Below, piece by piece: positions 13,054 through 23,356 of a DNA stretch of 64,000 bases. Location of the stretch: the NCBI GenBank assembly GCA_036630325.1, contig CP142737.1:62001-126000 (forward strand), written 5' to 3'. The stretch's first letter is position 1; each line of letters starts with the position of its first letter. This DNA is from Vairimorpha necatrix. Taxonomy: Eukaryota. The notes below the pieces were generated by a model that ran no database searches, had not been told where the DNA came from, and worked only from the letters and a program-made list of their open reading frames with translations. The position numbers and the translations under genes are program-made.

Positions 13054-14103
13054 TCAGTTTAATATTTTCTTCTCTAGTTCTTGATTTATTTTTTTATAAA
13101 CTTTTATACAATTTTTAGATTTTCTGAAAATACAATATAGATTCTTATTTATAATTGATATAATATTTTGTATTTTTTCCAACTTGTAAAAAATATCATA
13201 CTTATAGGATTTAAATTCTTCCTCAATTGATTCAAAAAAATCAAATATTGGCACAGAATCAAATATAGAGAGTATTTCTATGTTGTAATTATTTATTTGC
13301 CTTTTATTTATTACTGAACAATTTTTGACTTGAACATAATTTTCTCTTTTACAAATTAAAATTATAAAAGCTTTAAAAATTTCTACACATTCCAATAGTA
13401 CATTGTTAATATCCTGTGGAAGACTTAGTCTCTTTATTTCTATATAAAGTTGAGGGATTCTATTCTTGATTATTTTGATGTTATCTCGTGTAAATGTATA
13501 TATTGTCGAATTGTAGTTTTGTATTTTATTGTTTTTTACATTGTTTTTTCCAAATTGAAAATTTGTGTTTCTATTTGTTAAGGTTGGCATAGAATTTATT
13601 TTTTTTACAAAATCTTCAATTTGTTTTTTGAATTCAACACACTGTTTTTTTATTTTATCAATAGAAAAAATTTTCTCGTTGTATTCTAACTCTTGAGTTT
13701 TTTCTGTTTGTTTCAGACTGCTTTGTGGCTCTAAATCCATATCACTGTAAAAATTTTTGTCTAATTCTATTGATTCAACGTCGATATGTTTGTTTAAATC
13801 TTGAGGATTTAAATATATGCTCATTTCTTCTTTTAAATTATAATAATCATACTTATCAATCCCCATATCTTGATCTTCATTGTTTATATTTTTATTTTGT
13901 TTTTTAATTGAAATAAACTTTTTAAGTTCATCATATGAAGGCAAGTTGGATTTATTTTGAATTAAACAGTCTGAAGTTTTCGATTCTGAATGCTCAAAAC
14001 ATTTTTTTACAATGCTGTTGTGTTTTTTTATATCATAGTTGTGATTTCCATATTGTTTATCATCATTTTGAATACAACAAAAAATATTTAATATTAATAT
14101 CAT
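13054..14103 (-). CDS. Putative secreted lineage-specific protein, Cys10-leader family, 349 aa
   Basis: ACCCTTTAAATG start context; leader MILILNIFCC; C-terminal LPQD..IEILSIF parallels LPSS..IEILTLF of 7882-9066. Confidence 0.8.
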   Translation of the reverse strand: MILILNIFCCIQNDDKQYGNHNYDIKKHNSIVKKCFEHSESKTSDCLIQNKSNLPSYDELKKFISIKKQNKNINNEDQDMGIDKYDYYNLKEEMSIYLNPQDLNKHIDVESIELDKNFYSDMDLEPQSSLKQTEKTQELEYNEKIFSIDKIKKQCVEFKKQIEDFVKKINSMPTLTNRNTNFQFGKNNVKNNKIQNYNSTIYTFTRDNIKIIKNRIPQLYIEIKRLSLPQDINNVLLECVEIFKAFIILICKRENYVQVKNCSVINKRQINNYNIEILSIFDSVPIFDFFESIEEEFKSYKYDIFYKLEKIQNIISIINKNLYCIFRKSKNCIKVYKKINQELEKKILN

Positions 14104-15753
14104 TTAAAGGGTACACAAAAAATTATTTGTAAGTCTAAATAATATATAATTATTTGTTTACATTACATTGACTGTAGATATTTTTTGCAAGAGATCTTTT
14201 TTTATTAAATATTTACAAAATATTTTTGCATTATATTTAAAATTAATTAAAAAGTTTTAGATAATAAACGTTTTTTAAATTATAATGTAATCTCCTTACA
14301 TCTAAATTGCCAAATATATTTAAATCGTTGTTGGTATGTTGGTTAGTCAAATTTTACACTAAAGTTTTTTTTACCTAGACATCAAAATAAATTAATAAAA
14401 AACATAGATGAAATATCACCATGTTAAATTATATAATCATACAAGTTATTTTTAGAATTGTTCAGATTTGAAAGATATGGTTTTATGACAGAGTTACCAA
14501 ACATTATTTATGATTATTTACAAATAAACAAAAAAATTTCATAAGTCAAATGTGTTCAACTATAGCTATAACACTGTAATAAAAATTATCAATCAGAAAA
14601 TACAAATAATGGAAGATAAGCAGAGTTACACAAAAAGTAATAGCTAAGCAATTTGGAAATATAACACAAAACATATCGTTGTTCAAATTTTCAATTAAAT
14701 CAGTAATAAAATATATCCGATTGCGAGATCATCCCAAAGATTATGCATACTAACTTATGACTGACAATATTGAATAATTTTAGAATCAAGTAAAAGGAAT
14801 TTTACTTAGAACCTCCCTATGTTAAACAAATACAAAGGTTGGTTATTAAAAGTTTATTATATTTACATAGGAAAAGTTGTCATTTAATATAACATATAAA
14901 TGATCGCTAATAATAGCGAAGGAAATATACATTTATAAATACACACCTTTTTAATATTGTTTTTTCGTCGTTTGGTCACGTAAAAAAGCAATGTTGTGAT
15001 TACAACAAAGTAAGTAATCATCATTAAAAAACAATTTGAATGTATTATCGTCGATCTTACAAAGTTGGAAATTCGAAAATTGGTAAGTCATAAAAATGAA
15101 GTCCCAAACTATTAATGTAAATAGAGAACGTACAATAAATAGTTTAATTCCTCAAATAAAGTCAGGGTTATACACGAAAATATATCTTTTACAATCGTAC
15201 TGTCGGTAGAATATGTCATGATTTGAAAAATAATTTGATATTTCATTAATTATATGAATGGACAAATCAATCTATAGGTTAATAGAATAGAAAAGTACCT
15301 ATAAAGCGCCATAGACACTTTATCCTCGGAAATATATTTGTTAATAGATTGGATAATTCGGGTATATATAAGGGACTGTAATTTGACATGTCGTTTTGAT
15401 TTTTGTAATTGAAGTTGATATATTTATTAAGTTAAAAAGGAGCACTTTGTATATGTTTTAGTCATGAGTTGTAACACATTATACGATTCTTAGATTGATC
15501 TTTATATTCCGACATTTAGACTTTTTATTTTTCATTGTATTCTGATTAGTCGTGATCGAAAGATAGCTGGGGAATTATTTATTACAAAAAAACTAATTTA
15601 ATTTTTTTCAACTGATATTAATTTCAAAATCCATTTAATAAAGGTTAAATATTTTTACATTACAAAATACTTTTTTTTTAATTGATAAAATATCGTTATT
15701 ATTTTAATTAATAGTCATTTTTCCAATATTTCTAAATTTACATTTTTTTACCC

Positions 15754-16608
15754 ATGAGTCTCATAATTCAAAAGAAAATTAAGTTGCACAGATCTCCCTT
15801 AGATATTTCACTTTTCAATAATCAATTATATGTTTGTACTAAAAGTAATAAATTAACGGTAACTGACATGAATTTAAAATCTAAAAAATTTCTATCTTTT
15901 AAGAACAATATTAATAGACTTGTTAATGATGGGACTACACTTTTATGTATCAGTAATAATATGATCTTTAAATATAATTCTAGTAAAATCCATCAGACAA
16001 ATGTCAAATATGAAATTTCGTACATTAAAAAATTAGAAGAAGAAGACAAATTTCTCATAGGATGTAAAGATGGTAAAGTATTTTATTCAAGCTTGGATTT
16101 TAAACCACTAAGATATTTTTATGGTTCTACTAATAAGATTTTAGATGTTTGTAATACAAAAGATAAAATGATTTCAAGTGACAATAAACTTGTAGTCACA
16201 GATCTGAAAACATCTAAAATAAAGACAACTAACATTGGTTTTATAAATTGCATATCTTTTTACAATAAGAAAATGATTTTACTTGGTACAGACACTGGTT
16301 TATTTTTATATGATACTGAAAAAGATAAAGTTATTAATAAATTTGTACTTGACAGTCCTGTTAGTTGTATGGAAATAATTAAAGATGTCATTTTAATAGG
16401 ATGCGAAAATGGAATATTACACGAATGTAAAGTAATTTACAACGACTTAAAAATTTTACAAAAAAATCAATTAGCCGGTGTAATTAATTTTATAAAATAT
16501 ATTAATAACGGTATTTTTGTAGGAGTAGGAAGGGAAGAAAAAGAAGGGTCATTTTGCAGAAGTAAAAAATTCCAAAATTTACTTTACAAAATAAAAATCC
16601 AATTTTAA
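15754..16608 (+). CDS. RRP9: WD40 protein, probable U3 snoRNP protein Rrp9/U3-55K
   Basis: Beta-propeller-like repeats; C-terminal GVINFI..VGVGREEKEGSF resembles Rrp9 GFVN..AGVGQEHRLGRW; CCCATG start. Confidence 0.6.
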   Translation: MSLIIQKKIKLHRSPLDISLFNNQLYVCTKSNKLTVTDMNLKSKKFLSFKNNINRLVNDGTTLLCISNNMIFKYNSSKIHQTNVKYEISYIKKLEEEDKFLIGCKDGKVFYSSLDFKPLRYFYGSTNKILDVCNTKDKMISSDNKLVVTDLKTSKIKTTNIGFINCISFYNKKMILLGTDTGLFLYDTEKDKVINKFVLDSPVSCMEIIKDVILIGCENGILHECKVIYNDLKILQKNQLAGVINFIKYINNGIFVGVGREEKEGSFCRSKKFQNLLYKIKIQF

Positions 16609-16615
16609 TAGCCCT

Positions 16616-17359
16616 ATGGCTAAAAAACAAGTTCAGACTACCAAAGACATTAAAGCACAAATTAAAGAAATAGAAGAGAAAATGTTTGGACTAAAAAATA
16701 AAAAACAAAAATCTGCACTAGAGAAACAAATAGAAGCATTACGTATTAAAGATTCGGAATTAAAACAATCTAAAGTTAAAAAAGAAGTTCGGCCGGTAGT
16801 ACAAAAGATTCCAGTTGGAGTCGACCCAAAAACTGTCCAGTGTGTGAATTATTTGAATAAAGTGTGCAATGACGGAGAAAATTGTAGATTTGCTCATGAA
16901 AATATAAAGAAAATAGAGAGTAAAAATACTGAAGTTGACAAGACAAAGACGAAACACGTATGCCGATTTTTACTAGATGCAATTAATAATAATGAATTTA
17001 ATAATAATTGGAAATGTCCTTTTCCCAAGTGTAATGACATACATAAGCTCATTGATCTAAAAGGAGATACTACAGCAGAATTGTCACTTGAAGAATATCT
17101 TGAATTAAGTAGACAATCTCTAGGCGACAATTTGACACCTTTGACTGAAGAAAGATTTATAGAATGGAAAGAAAAGAAACTTAAGGAGGAACTTGAACAT
17201 CAAAAGAAGTTACAAGCCCTGTCTTCTGGCCCAAAGGGCTTGGAATTATTTGAGAGTCGCCCTGAGATATTTTTGGATGATGAAGAGGCAGTAGATGTTG
17301 ATTATAAAGAAAGATGTTATTCTGAAGAGGAGGAGGAGGACGCTCCAATTTATAATTAA
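16616..17359 (+). CDS. TMA46: CCCH zinc-finger DRG-family regulatory protein 1 (Tma46/ZC3H15)
   Basis: EEKMFGLKNKK, VGVDPKTVQC, two Cys/His fingers, LEEYLE..R, LTPLTEERFIEWK, and a GLELF DFRP-like tail. Confidence 0.9.
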   Translation: MAKKQVQTTKDIKAQIKEIEEKMFGLKNKKQKSALEKQIEALRIKDSELKQSKVKKEVRPVVQKIPVGVDPKTVQCVNYLNKVCNDGENCRFAHENIKKIESKNTEVDKTKTKHVCRFLLDAINNNEFNNNWKCPFPKCNDIHKLIDLKGDTTAELSLEEYLELSRQSLGDNLTPLTEERFIEWKEKKLKEELEHQKKLQALSSGPKGLELFESRPEIFLDDEEAVDVDYKERCYSEEEEEDAPIYN

Positions 17360-17370
17360 ATTTTACATTT

Positions 17371-17712
17371 TTATTCGTATTCGTCTATTAAAAATCCATA
17401 ATCTTCAAGATTAAATATTTTGAAGAGTTCTTTTACAGAGACTTCGTATTCCCTGTTCATGATTATGATACATTCAGAAATCAAAGATTCCCATTTTTCT
17501 ATTAAATCGTCTAAATCTTCGTTATTTTCTCTAAATTTTTTTATCATTTTCAATTTCCTATGCATGTCTTGTTGTGCATACAGAGGGTCTTTTAGTTGAT
17601 CTGAATATCTTTTCTTTTTCTTTTCAGTGGTTTCTAATTTGTAAAATATTTCTTCATCTACTTTAATTTTTTTATAATTTTTCCCGTCTTCTGGTTTTTC
17701 TTTGTAGAACAT
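17371..17712 (-). CDS. Sfr1/Mei5-like recombination mediator, 113 aa
   Basis: LKMIKKFR..DLDDLIEKW resembles the Sfr1/Mei5 C-terminal domain. Start moved to the ATG at 17712 (GGCCCAATG context). Confidence 0.55.
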   Translation of the reverse strand: MFYKEKPEDGKNYKKIKVDEEIFYKLETTEKKKKRYSDQLKDPLYAQQDMHRKLKMIKKFRENNEDLDDLIEKWESLISECIIIMNREYEVSVKELFKIFNLEDYGFLIDEYE

Positions 17713-17788
17713 TGGGCCAAAGGATTGTAACAAATCTAAAAGTTTTATATATTAGAAATGAACATGATTTTATAATATATTTTAATTT

Positions 17789-18439
17789 TTAAATTAATTT
17801 ATTAGTTACACTTTTAAAGTCAATGTGTCTGATCACCCGGTTATTTTTTATATAAAATTCCAAATCTTTTGATATATCCGATCCAGACATGATTCGTTCA
17901 GCCTCTCTTATGCCTTCTAAATACACACAATAAATATTCTTTATAGACGCATTTTTTTCTATTATACAAGCAAAAGCAGAGAAAAGTATCTCTTGCCTCT
18001 CTTTCATTGTAAAATGATTAGTCATCCTTTTTAAATACCATAACTTCAAATATGAGTGTGGTATTTTTATATCAAATTGAATATTTACTATTATCATTCT
18101 CTCCATATTGATTAGTTCTTCAGCAGATACTAAATTATCTGTAACTACTAAATAATCTTCCAGTGGTTTGGTAGCTCTTTCCTCCAGTTTCGCGGCAATA
18201 AATAAAGAAGTAATTCCGATCAATTGATAGCTGTTAATATCAAATCCCATTTGTTGTGTGTAAGAATCTAATATGTAGATAGTTAGACCGAAGGTCGACT
18301 GGGAATATTTGAAGTCTCTGATAACTTCATAAAGCCATCTAATCAACTTCTTTCTATGAGATGACTTGTGAATTGTTAGTTTTATATTTTTTTTACTGAC
18401 ATTTGTAATGTCATGAAAGACCCGTCGAAATAATTTCAT
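17789..18439 (-). CDS. Cyclin with N-terminal destruction-box-like motif
   Basis: Cyclin box RKKLIRWL..F..STF..ILDSY..YQLIGITSLFIAAKLEE..ELINMER; N-terminal RRVFHDITN. Confidence 0.9.
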   Translation of the reverse strand: MKLFRRVFHDITNVSKKNIKLTIHKSSHRKKLIRWLYEVIRDFKYSQSTFGLTIYILDSYTQQMGFDINSYQLIGITSLFIAAKLEERATKPLEDYLVVTDNLVSAEELINMERMIIVNIQFDIKIPHSYLKLWYLKRMTNHFTMKERQEILFSAFACIIEKNASIKNIYCVYLEGIREAERIMSGSDISKDLEFYIKNNRVIRHIDFKSVTNKLI

Positions 18440-18473
18440 AATTTTGTAACTGAAAATATTTTATAAAACATGT

Positions 18474-18495
18474 GGCGGGAAAAACAGGCGGGAAA
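18474..18495 (-). promoter_or_regulatory. Two tandem E2F-like sites (TTTCCCGCC x2) 35-56 bp upstream of the cyclin ATG
   Basis: The plus strand reads GGCGGGAAA at 18474 and 18487; both match the E2F consensus TTTSSCGC in otherwise very AT-rich DNA. Confidence 0.55.
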
Positions 18496-18694
18496 TGAAT
18501 GTTTGGGAAAAGTCTTCATATTTTGAAATAACTTATATATTGAAATTAGCAAATTAATAATTTGAAAGTAACAATAAAATAAATGAAAAATATTAAGAAA
18601 TTCTAGTCATACATCCTGAATATTAGTACAGAAATTAAAGCCAGACAATATTGTAGGACATTTCAATATATTTTTTATAATTATAAATTATGGC

Positions 18695-18757
18695 ATACAT
18701 TTTTTCAATAGAAATTAAGAAATACATTTTTTCAATAGAAATTAAGACATACATTTT
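18695..18757. repeat. 27-bp tandem duplication in intergenic DNA
   Basis: ATACATTTTTTCAATAGAAATTAAGA at 18695 and 18722, plus a partial third copy. Confidence 0.85.
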
Positions 18758-18824
18758 CTATACACTAAATAAAGATATTTCTATGCTATAGACATTCTTT
18801 TTTTCGGGCGTATAAAATTTTTAT

Positions 18825-19808
18825 TTAATTCAATACATCTTTATACAATTCACTCTCACAAGGCTCTTCACTAAATGCCACTTTTTCTACACATTTCTCA
18901 AAATTTTTTATCACTTCATGATCAACATCTGCTATTTCTTCATTATTCACATACTCTCCCAATATTTCTTTAAATTTGTTTAAACAATCATTATTCATTC
19001 TCTCTTCTTTTTCTTCTTTACTACGATAGAAGTCGTCTACGTCTGCACAAGAGTGGCCACATGTTCTATACGTGTCAATTTGTAAAATTATTGGACCTTT
19101 ATCAAGTGCATGTTTTCTAGCATATTTTAGTACATTAATTAATTTACAAATATCTGTGTCCCGGATTCGTATGCCCGGAATATCATATCCTCTCTTATAA
19201 TATTCTGTATAAGAAGTTACCACATTTTCTGGTGTCCACATTCCATATTTATTATTTTCACAAATATAAACCACAGGCAGTTTCCACAATGACGCCATAT
19301 TAAAAGATTCCCAGACTTGTCCTTGATTCGCCGCCCCGTCCCCGTAAAAGACGAATGCCACATTATCCATTTTTTTATATTGTAAGGCGTAAGCCAATCC
19401 TGTTCCCAGTGCCACTTGTGCTCCTACTATCCCATGTCCGCCATAAAATTGTTTATTATAAAGATGCATTGATCCACCTTTCCCTTTACAAATTCCTATT
19501 TCTTTACCAAGTAATTCGCCAATAATTCCTTCTACACTTATACCACATACATAAGCCAGACCATGACACCTATAAGATCCGATTACTTTATCATTTTTAT
19601 TAAGTATTTTTTGTAGACTCATATAAATATTTTCTTGTCCTATTACTAGATGACAGAATCCTCTAACACTGCCTATTTTATATTTTGCTTCTGCGTATTC
19701 TTCTAGTATACGAAGAGAAAGCATATTTTTATAAATTTCCAAAGCAGATTTTTTATCCAGTTTGAAGTCGAATTTTATATCATTTTCTTCTATAAGATGA
19801 TATTCCAT
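18825..19808 (-). CDS. PDA1: Pyruvate dehydrogenase E1 alpha subunit
   Basis: RGFCHL..GQE, YRCHG, GKGGSMHLY, GDGAANQGQ..ENNKYGM TPP-binding motif, TYRTCGHS; no presequence. Confidence 0.97.
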   Translation of the reverse strand: MEYHLIEENDIKFDFKLDKKSALEIYKNMLSLRILEEYAEAKYKIGSVRGFCHLVIGQENIYMSLQKILNKNDKVIGSYRCHGLAYVCGISVEGIIGELLGKEIGICKGKGGSMHLYNKQFYGGHGIVGAQVALGTGLAYALQYKKMDNVAFVFYGDGAANQGQVWESFNMASLWKLPVVYICENNKYGMWTPENVVTSYTEYYKRGYDIPGIRIRDTDICKLINVLKYARKHALDKGPIILQIDTYRTCGHSCADVDDFYRSKEEKEERMNNDCLNKFKEILGEYVNNEEIADVDHEVIKNFEKCVEKVAFSEEPCESELYKDVLN

Positions 19809-20087
19809 GAGATAAATTAAAACTTTAAATTATTTAAATTAAAAACGATCAATAAATTTTTCTGAAATTTTTTATTTGATCAAGTCAATGTTTAAGGTAT
19901 CAAATAGAAATAAAATATTATTTTATTTGTACTTATTAGTATTCATTTTTCTATATAAATGTGTGTTTTTTATTACATGGACATTTTGTTCTTGGTCTGT
20001 CATCAAGTAATTTTTAAGCATGTAATTTATTTTTACTAAATTAGTTAGTACAACATTCTCTATTGTTTTTTTATGACCCTTCATTTT

Positions 20088-20633
20088 ATGAATATAAATT
20101 ACATCTTACAAGACATAATTTCTTCTCTAAATTCCCTCAAACCAATTCCACAGCCAAAATCCAAATCCCCCACATTCGTCCCGCTCCACAAACTTGAATC
20201 TTTCAACCAAAATCTTAAAAATAATTTAAAAATTTTCTTTATTGATTTTTTACAGAATATTAAGTCAGCTCATTCGAAGTACAACTCAGTCTACCAAGAG
20301 AATGTTATAAAAAGAAATGAATATGTCAAAAATACACTTGAGAATATTAAAAATGAAATTGATAGTCCAGAAACTCTTAAGTTGAAAAGTATCAAATCAA
20401 AGATAGATTTTATAAAATCTCAGAATTTTGATAAAATACAACAAATTAAGATCAATAAAGAAGATACGATAAAAATATTTAGATTTTTGAATAAATTAGA
20501 ACTCAATGAGGAATATGAATGGATGGAAGATTTTTTAAAAAGGAAGATCATATTTGAATTTGACAGTCCCAGTGAGTTAGAAGTAATAAATTTGAGGAAG
20601 ATGATAAATTTATTACAAAATACCAACAAATAA
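20088..20633 (+). CDS. Hypothetical coiled-coil protein
   Basis: ORF in the gene-dense core. The second ATG (20088) follows CCC; an alternative start is at 20073. Confidence 0.7.
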   Translation: MNINYILQDIISSLNSLKPIPQPKSKSPTFVPLHKLESFNQNLKNNLKIFFIDFLQNIKSAHSKYNSVYQENVIKRNEYVKNTLENIKNEIDSPETLKLKSIKSKIDFIKSQNFDKIQQIKINKEDTIKIFRFLNKLELNEEYEWMEDFLKRKIIFEFDSPSELEVINLRKMINLLQNTNK

Positions 20634-20835
20634 TTGAAATATTCATATTATAAAAATAAATAATATAATATTTTCTATATATAAAAATTAATAATATAAT
20701 ATTATTATACATAATATTATTATATATAATATCATTATATATAAATTGTGTTTCTATTGTAAATCTATGATCTTAATTACAAGACATTTTCCTGACATTT
20801 TTCTTTACTTTTTAAATTATAAAATTAATATTCAT

Positions 20836-21345
20836 TTAATTATTACTAGACATATATGCACTAAGTTCTTTATCTAATTCTTCTTTAGATTTCTTCTGTG
20901 TTCTCCTACTTTGACTTCTTTCCCCATTTACAAGTCGTCCACTTGATCTAATTCTTGGGTCATTATAAATAGGCCTTAAAGACCCCCTTGGATTATCATA
21001 TTGTCTTGGATTATCATAATGGCGATACTCGTAGTTGCGTGAATTATCATATTGTCTTGGATTAATGTAGCGTGGCCTTAAATGCTCGCCATATTGCCTT
21101 GGTTGATCATATTGTCTTGACCTCTCGTAGTAAAATCTAGGCTGGTCATATTGACGGGGCTGGTCGTATTGGCGAGATTGGTCATATTGCCTTGGGTTGG
21201 TGTATCTCCTTCTATTTGTCTCCTCTCCTTCTTCTCTTTCTCTTTTTTGTAGTCTTGAGTCTTGATATTCATTGTATCCTTTTCTTCCTCTCTGATCGAA
21301 TTTCCGGTCATTTTGGATTTTCCTCTCATCATTTTCGTAGGACAT
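20836..21345 (-). CDS. RQYD[QN]P-repeat protein with C-terminal UAP56-binding motif (Chtop/ALY/Yra1-like)
   Basis: C-terminal KKSKEELDKELSAYM matches the K[ST]xEELDxELDxYM motif; central hexapeptide repeats; start at CCCCTCATG (21345). Confidence 0.7.
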   Translation of the reverse strand: MSYENDERKIQNDRKFDQRGRKGYNEYQDSRLQKREREEGEETNRRRYTNPRQYDQSRQYDQPRQYDQPRFYYERSRQYDQPRQYGEHLRPRYINPRQYDNSRNYEYRHYDNPRQYDNPRGSLRPIYNDPRIRSSGRLVNGERSQSRRTQKKSKEELDKELSAYMSSNN

Positions 21346-21444
21346 GAGGGGTAAAAAAATACGCATAAACTTATTGGGAGAAATTGACCCTACCTATTCA
21401 TAGGTAGGTAAGAAAAATGTGCAAAAAATGACTGAAAATATTTG

Positions 21445-21745
21445 ATTCTATTTTTTATAAGTGGGCAAAATTTAAATGTTTAAAATTTAATTCTATTTTT
21501 TATAAGTGGGCAAGTTACTATCTATTCTTAATTTTATTATTGGTGTGTAAGACTACAAATTATTATTTGTTCCTCAACTTATAATATATTTTTGAGTTAT
21601 TATTTGTTCCTCAACTTATTATATGGTCTTTTAAGTTATTATTTGTTCTTTGAGTTATTATTTGTTCCTCAACTTATTATATGGGGTTTTAAGTTATTAT
21701 TTGTTATTTAAGTTAATATTTGTTCTTTAAGTTATTATTTGTTAC
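21445..21745. repeat. Intergenic minisatellite cluster
   Basis: ATTCTATTTTTTATAAGTGGGCAA x2, then repeated TTATTATTTGTT(CCTCAACTTA) units. Confidence 0.8.
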
Positions 21746-21898
21746 TTTAATTATGTTTCAATTTAAGACATTATTTTATATTTCTAAACATTTGTAGTAT
21801 CGTTTTACACTTCAGTATTGTGCGCTGACTTTTAAATATACGACGAACCTACCTAAATATAAATAAATATTTTTAAATTTCAATATTTTTTTAATATT

Positions 21899-22576
21899 TT
21901 ATAGTACTAGTGACTGCGTGTAGTTCACTGGACTATCAATTTCCATAACTCTCTTACTCCTCAGACTCTGTGTATCCATTCCCGCTTTAGTTACATTCAC
22001 AAAATTCGGTAATTTTACTGGTTCTTTCTCGATTTTAATGTTCACTGCTATTTTTATCAGTACAAAACTGATTAAATGTAATACAAAAGACACACCACTG
22101 AACAATAAAAACACATTCACTGATTTACTACACAATCTCTTCAAATTTTCTTCACAATTTTCACTCGGTGAACAATATAAAATATTTGACATTAGTACTC
22201 TCTGCTGCAAAGAGACAGTACTTTTCTCTACAAATGTGGTTATAAGCCTATCTTGGTAGTAGTTCTTTACATACAAGATGTATGTGATTAGTACTATCAT
22301 GTACATAAAAGCGCAGAAGAGATATAATCTCATGTACATTTTGATTTTACTATTAGTGCCACAACTGGCGAACATTCCTAGTGTTATGTTGAAGATTATG
22401 ATTACTTTGTAGCAGAATGAAAGAGATAAAAAGTTCATTTGGAGATTTTCTAGTTCTATTTTTGAGAGACGGTAGTTGAAGAATAAGATGACAGGGAGTG
22501 GAATGTTTATCAAGATGGAAAGGACGCTAGTGAGTTGGATGAGAGCTCTTATGTTTCTGAAGATAGTAGTAGTCAT
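21899..22576 (-). CDS. Four-TM tetraspanin-like membrane protein
   Basis: Four hydrophobic segments; GMFASCG..MRLY between TM2 and TM3; large TM3-TM4 loop with three Cys but no CCG. Confidence 0.55.
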   Translation of the reverse strand: MTTTIFRNIRALIQLTSVLSILINIPLPVILFFNYRLSKIELENLQMNFLSLSFCYKVIIIFNITLGMFASCGTNSKIKMYMRLYLFCAFMYMIVLITYILYVKNYYQDRLITTFVEKSTVSLQQRVLMSNILYCSPSENCEENLKRLCSKSVNVFLLFSGVSFVLHLISFVLIKIAVNIKIEKEPVKLPNFVNVTKAGMDTQSLRSKRVMEIDSPVNYTQSLVL

Positions 22577-22631
22577 GAATTAAATTTATAAAGAAATAAA
22601 TATATAAAAAGCCAATAACCAATAAATAACA

Positions 22632-22860
22632 TAAAGGAGAACATTATAGAAGATTTATAAAAGATTTAAAATGTCGATTTAAAATGTCGATTTGTAAAAG
22701 ATTTATAATGTCGATTAATAATGGTAATTATAATGTTATTTATAATGATCTATAAGATATGTAATATAAGATTATAAGAAATCTGATATATTTGTATAGT
22801 CTAGTTAGATATATTAAATGTAAACTAGACATATATGAGATATGTAAACTAGACATATAA
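22632..22860. repeat. Short degenerate tandem repeats
   Basis: AAGATTTA and AATGTCGATT units; ATGTAAACTAGACATATA x2. Confidence 0.7.
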
Positions 22861-23031
22861 AAATATTGTGTATATAAATTTGATATATAAGTTTAATATT
22901 TATTGATCATTATACTTTCACTACTCTCACTTGTTCTAGAATCTGCTCCCTTTCCTTAAGAAAATACTTGTGCAATTTGATGACACAAAACTTAAACAAT
23001 TTCATCCTCAGGATATAAAAAAATTAAAGTC

Positions 23032-23229
23032 ATGAAAATAATGAAACACAAATTCTCACCCTGGAAATATTTCCGGGATTGTATAGGCCACATTAAAGAG
23101 TATTTCTCCTTTTTACTGTATAAAAGGGAGCATATAAAGATTTATGATTTGGATTATGAGATCACAGACCCAGTACTTAAGAAAGCCATAAGGAACCGAA
23201 AAAGACGAGTAGTGACATTTACCGAATAA
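23032..23229 (+). CDS. Small hypothetical protein, 65 aa, basic C-terminus
   Basis: Coding-like composition in the core block; ends RNRKRRVVTFTE; start uncertain. Confidence 0.45.
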   Translation: MKIMKHKFSPWKYFRDCIGHIKEYFSFLLYKREHIKIYDLDYEITDPVLKKAIRNRKRRVVTFTE

Positions 23230-23356
23230 AACCTATTAATATAAATTAAATATATTATATTTTTATTATATATTGTAATATTATAATATATTCTATTATT
23301 AATATATTGTATATTAGTTTATCTAAATATACAATAAAACATCCCTTCTTTGGCCT

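Noticed and set aside
14950..15330. Possible further Merlin relic (ERTINSLIPQIK..NRIE)
   Set aside because: Only scattered motif hints; no TIR found.
21445..21745. Repeat cluster as a CRISPR array
   Set aside because: Degenerate AT-rich units without unique regular spacers; eukaryotic context; no cas genes.
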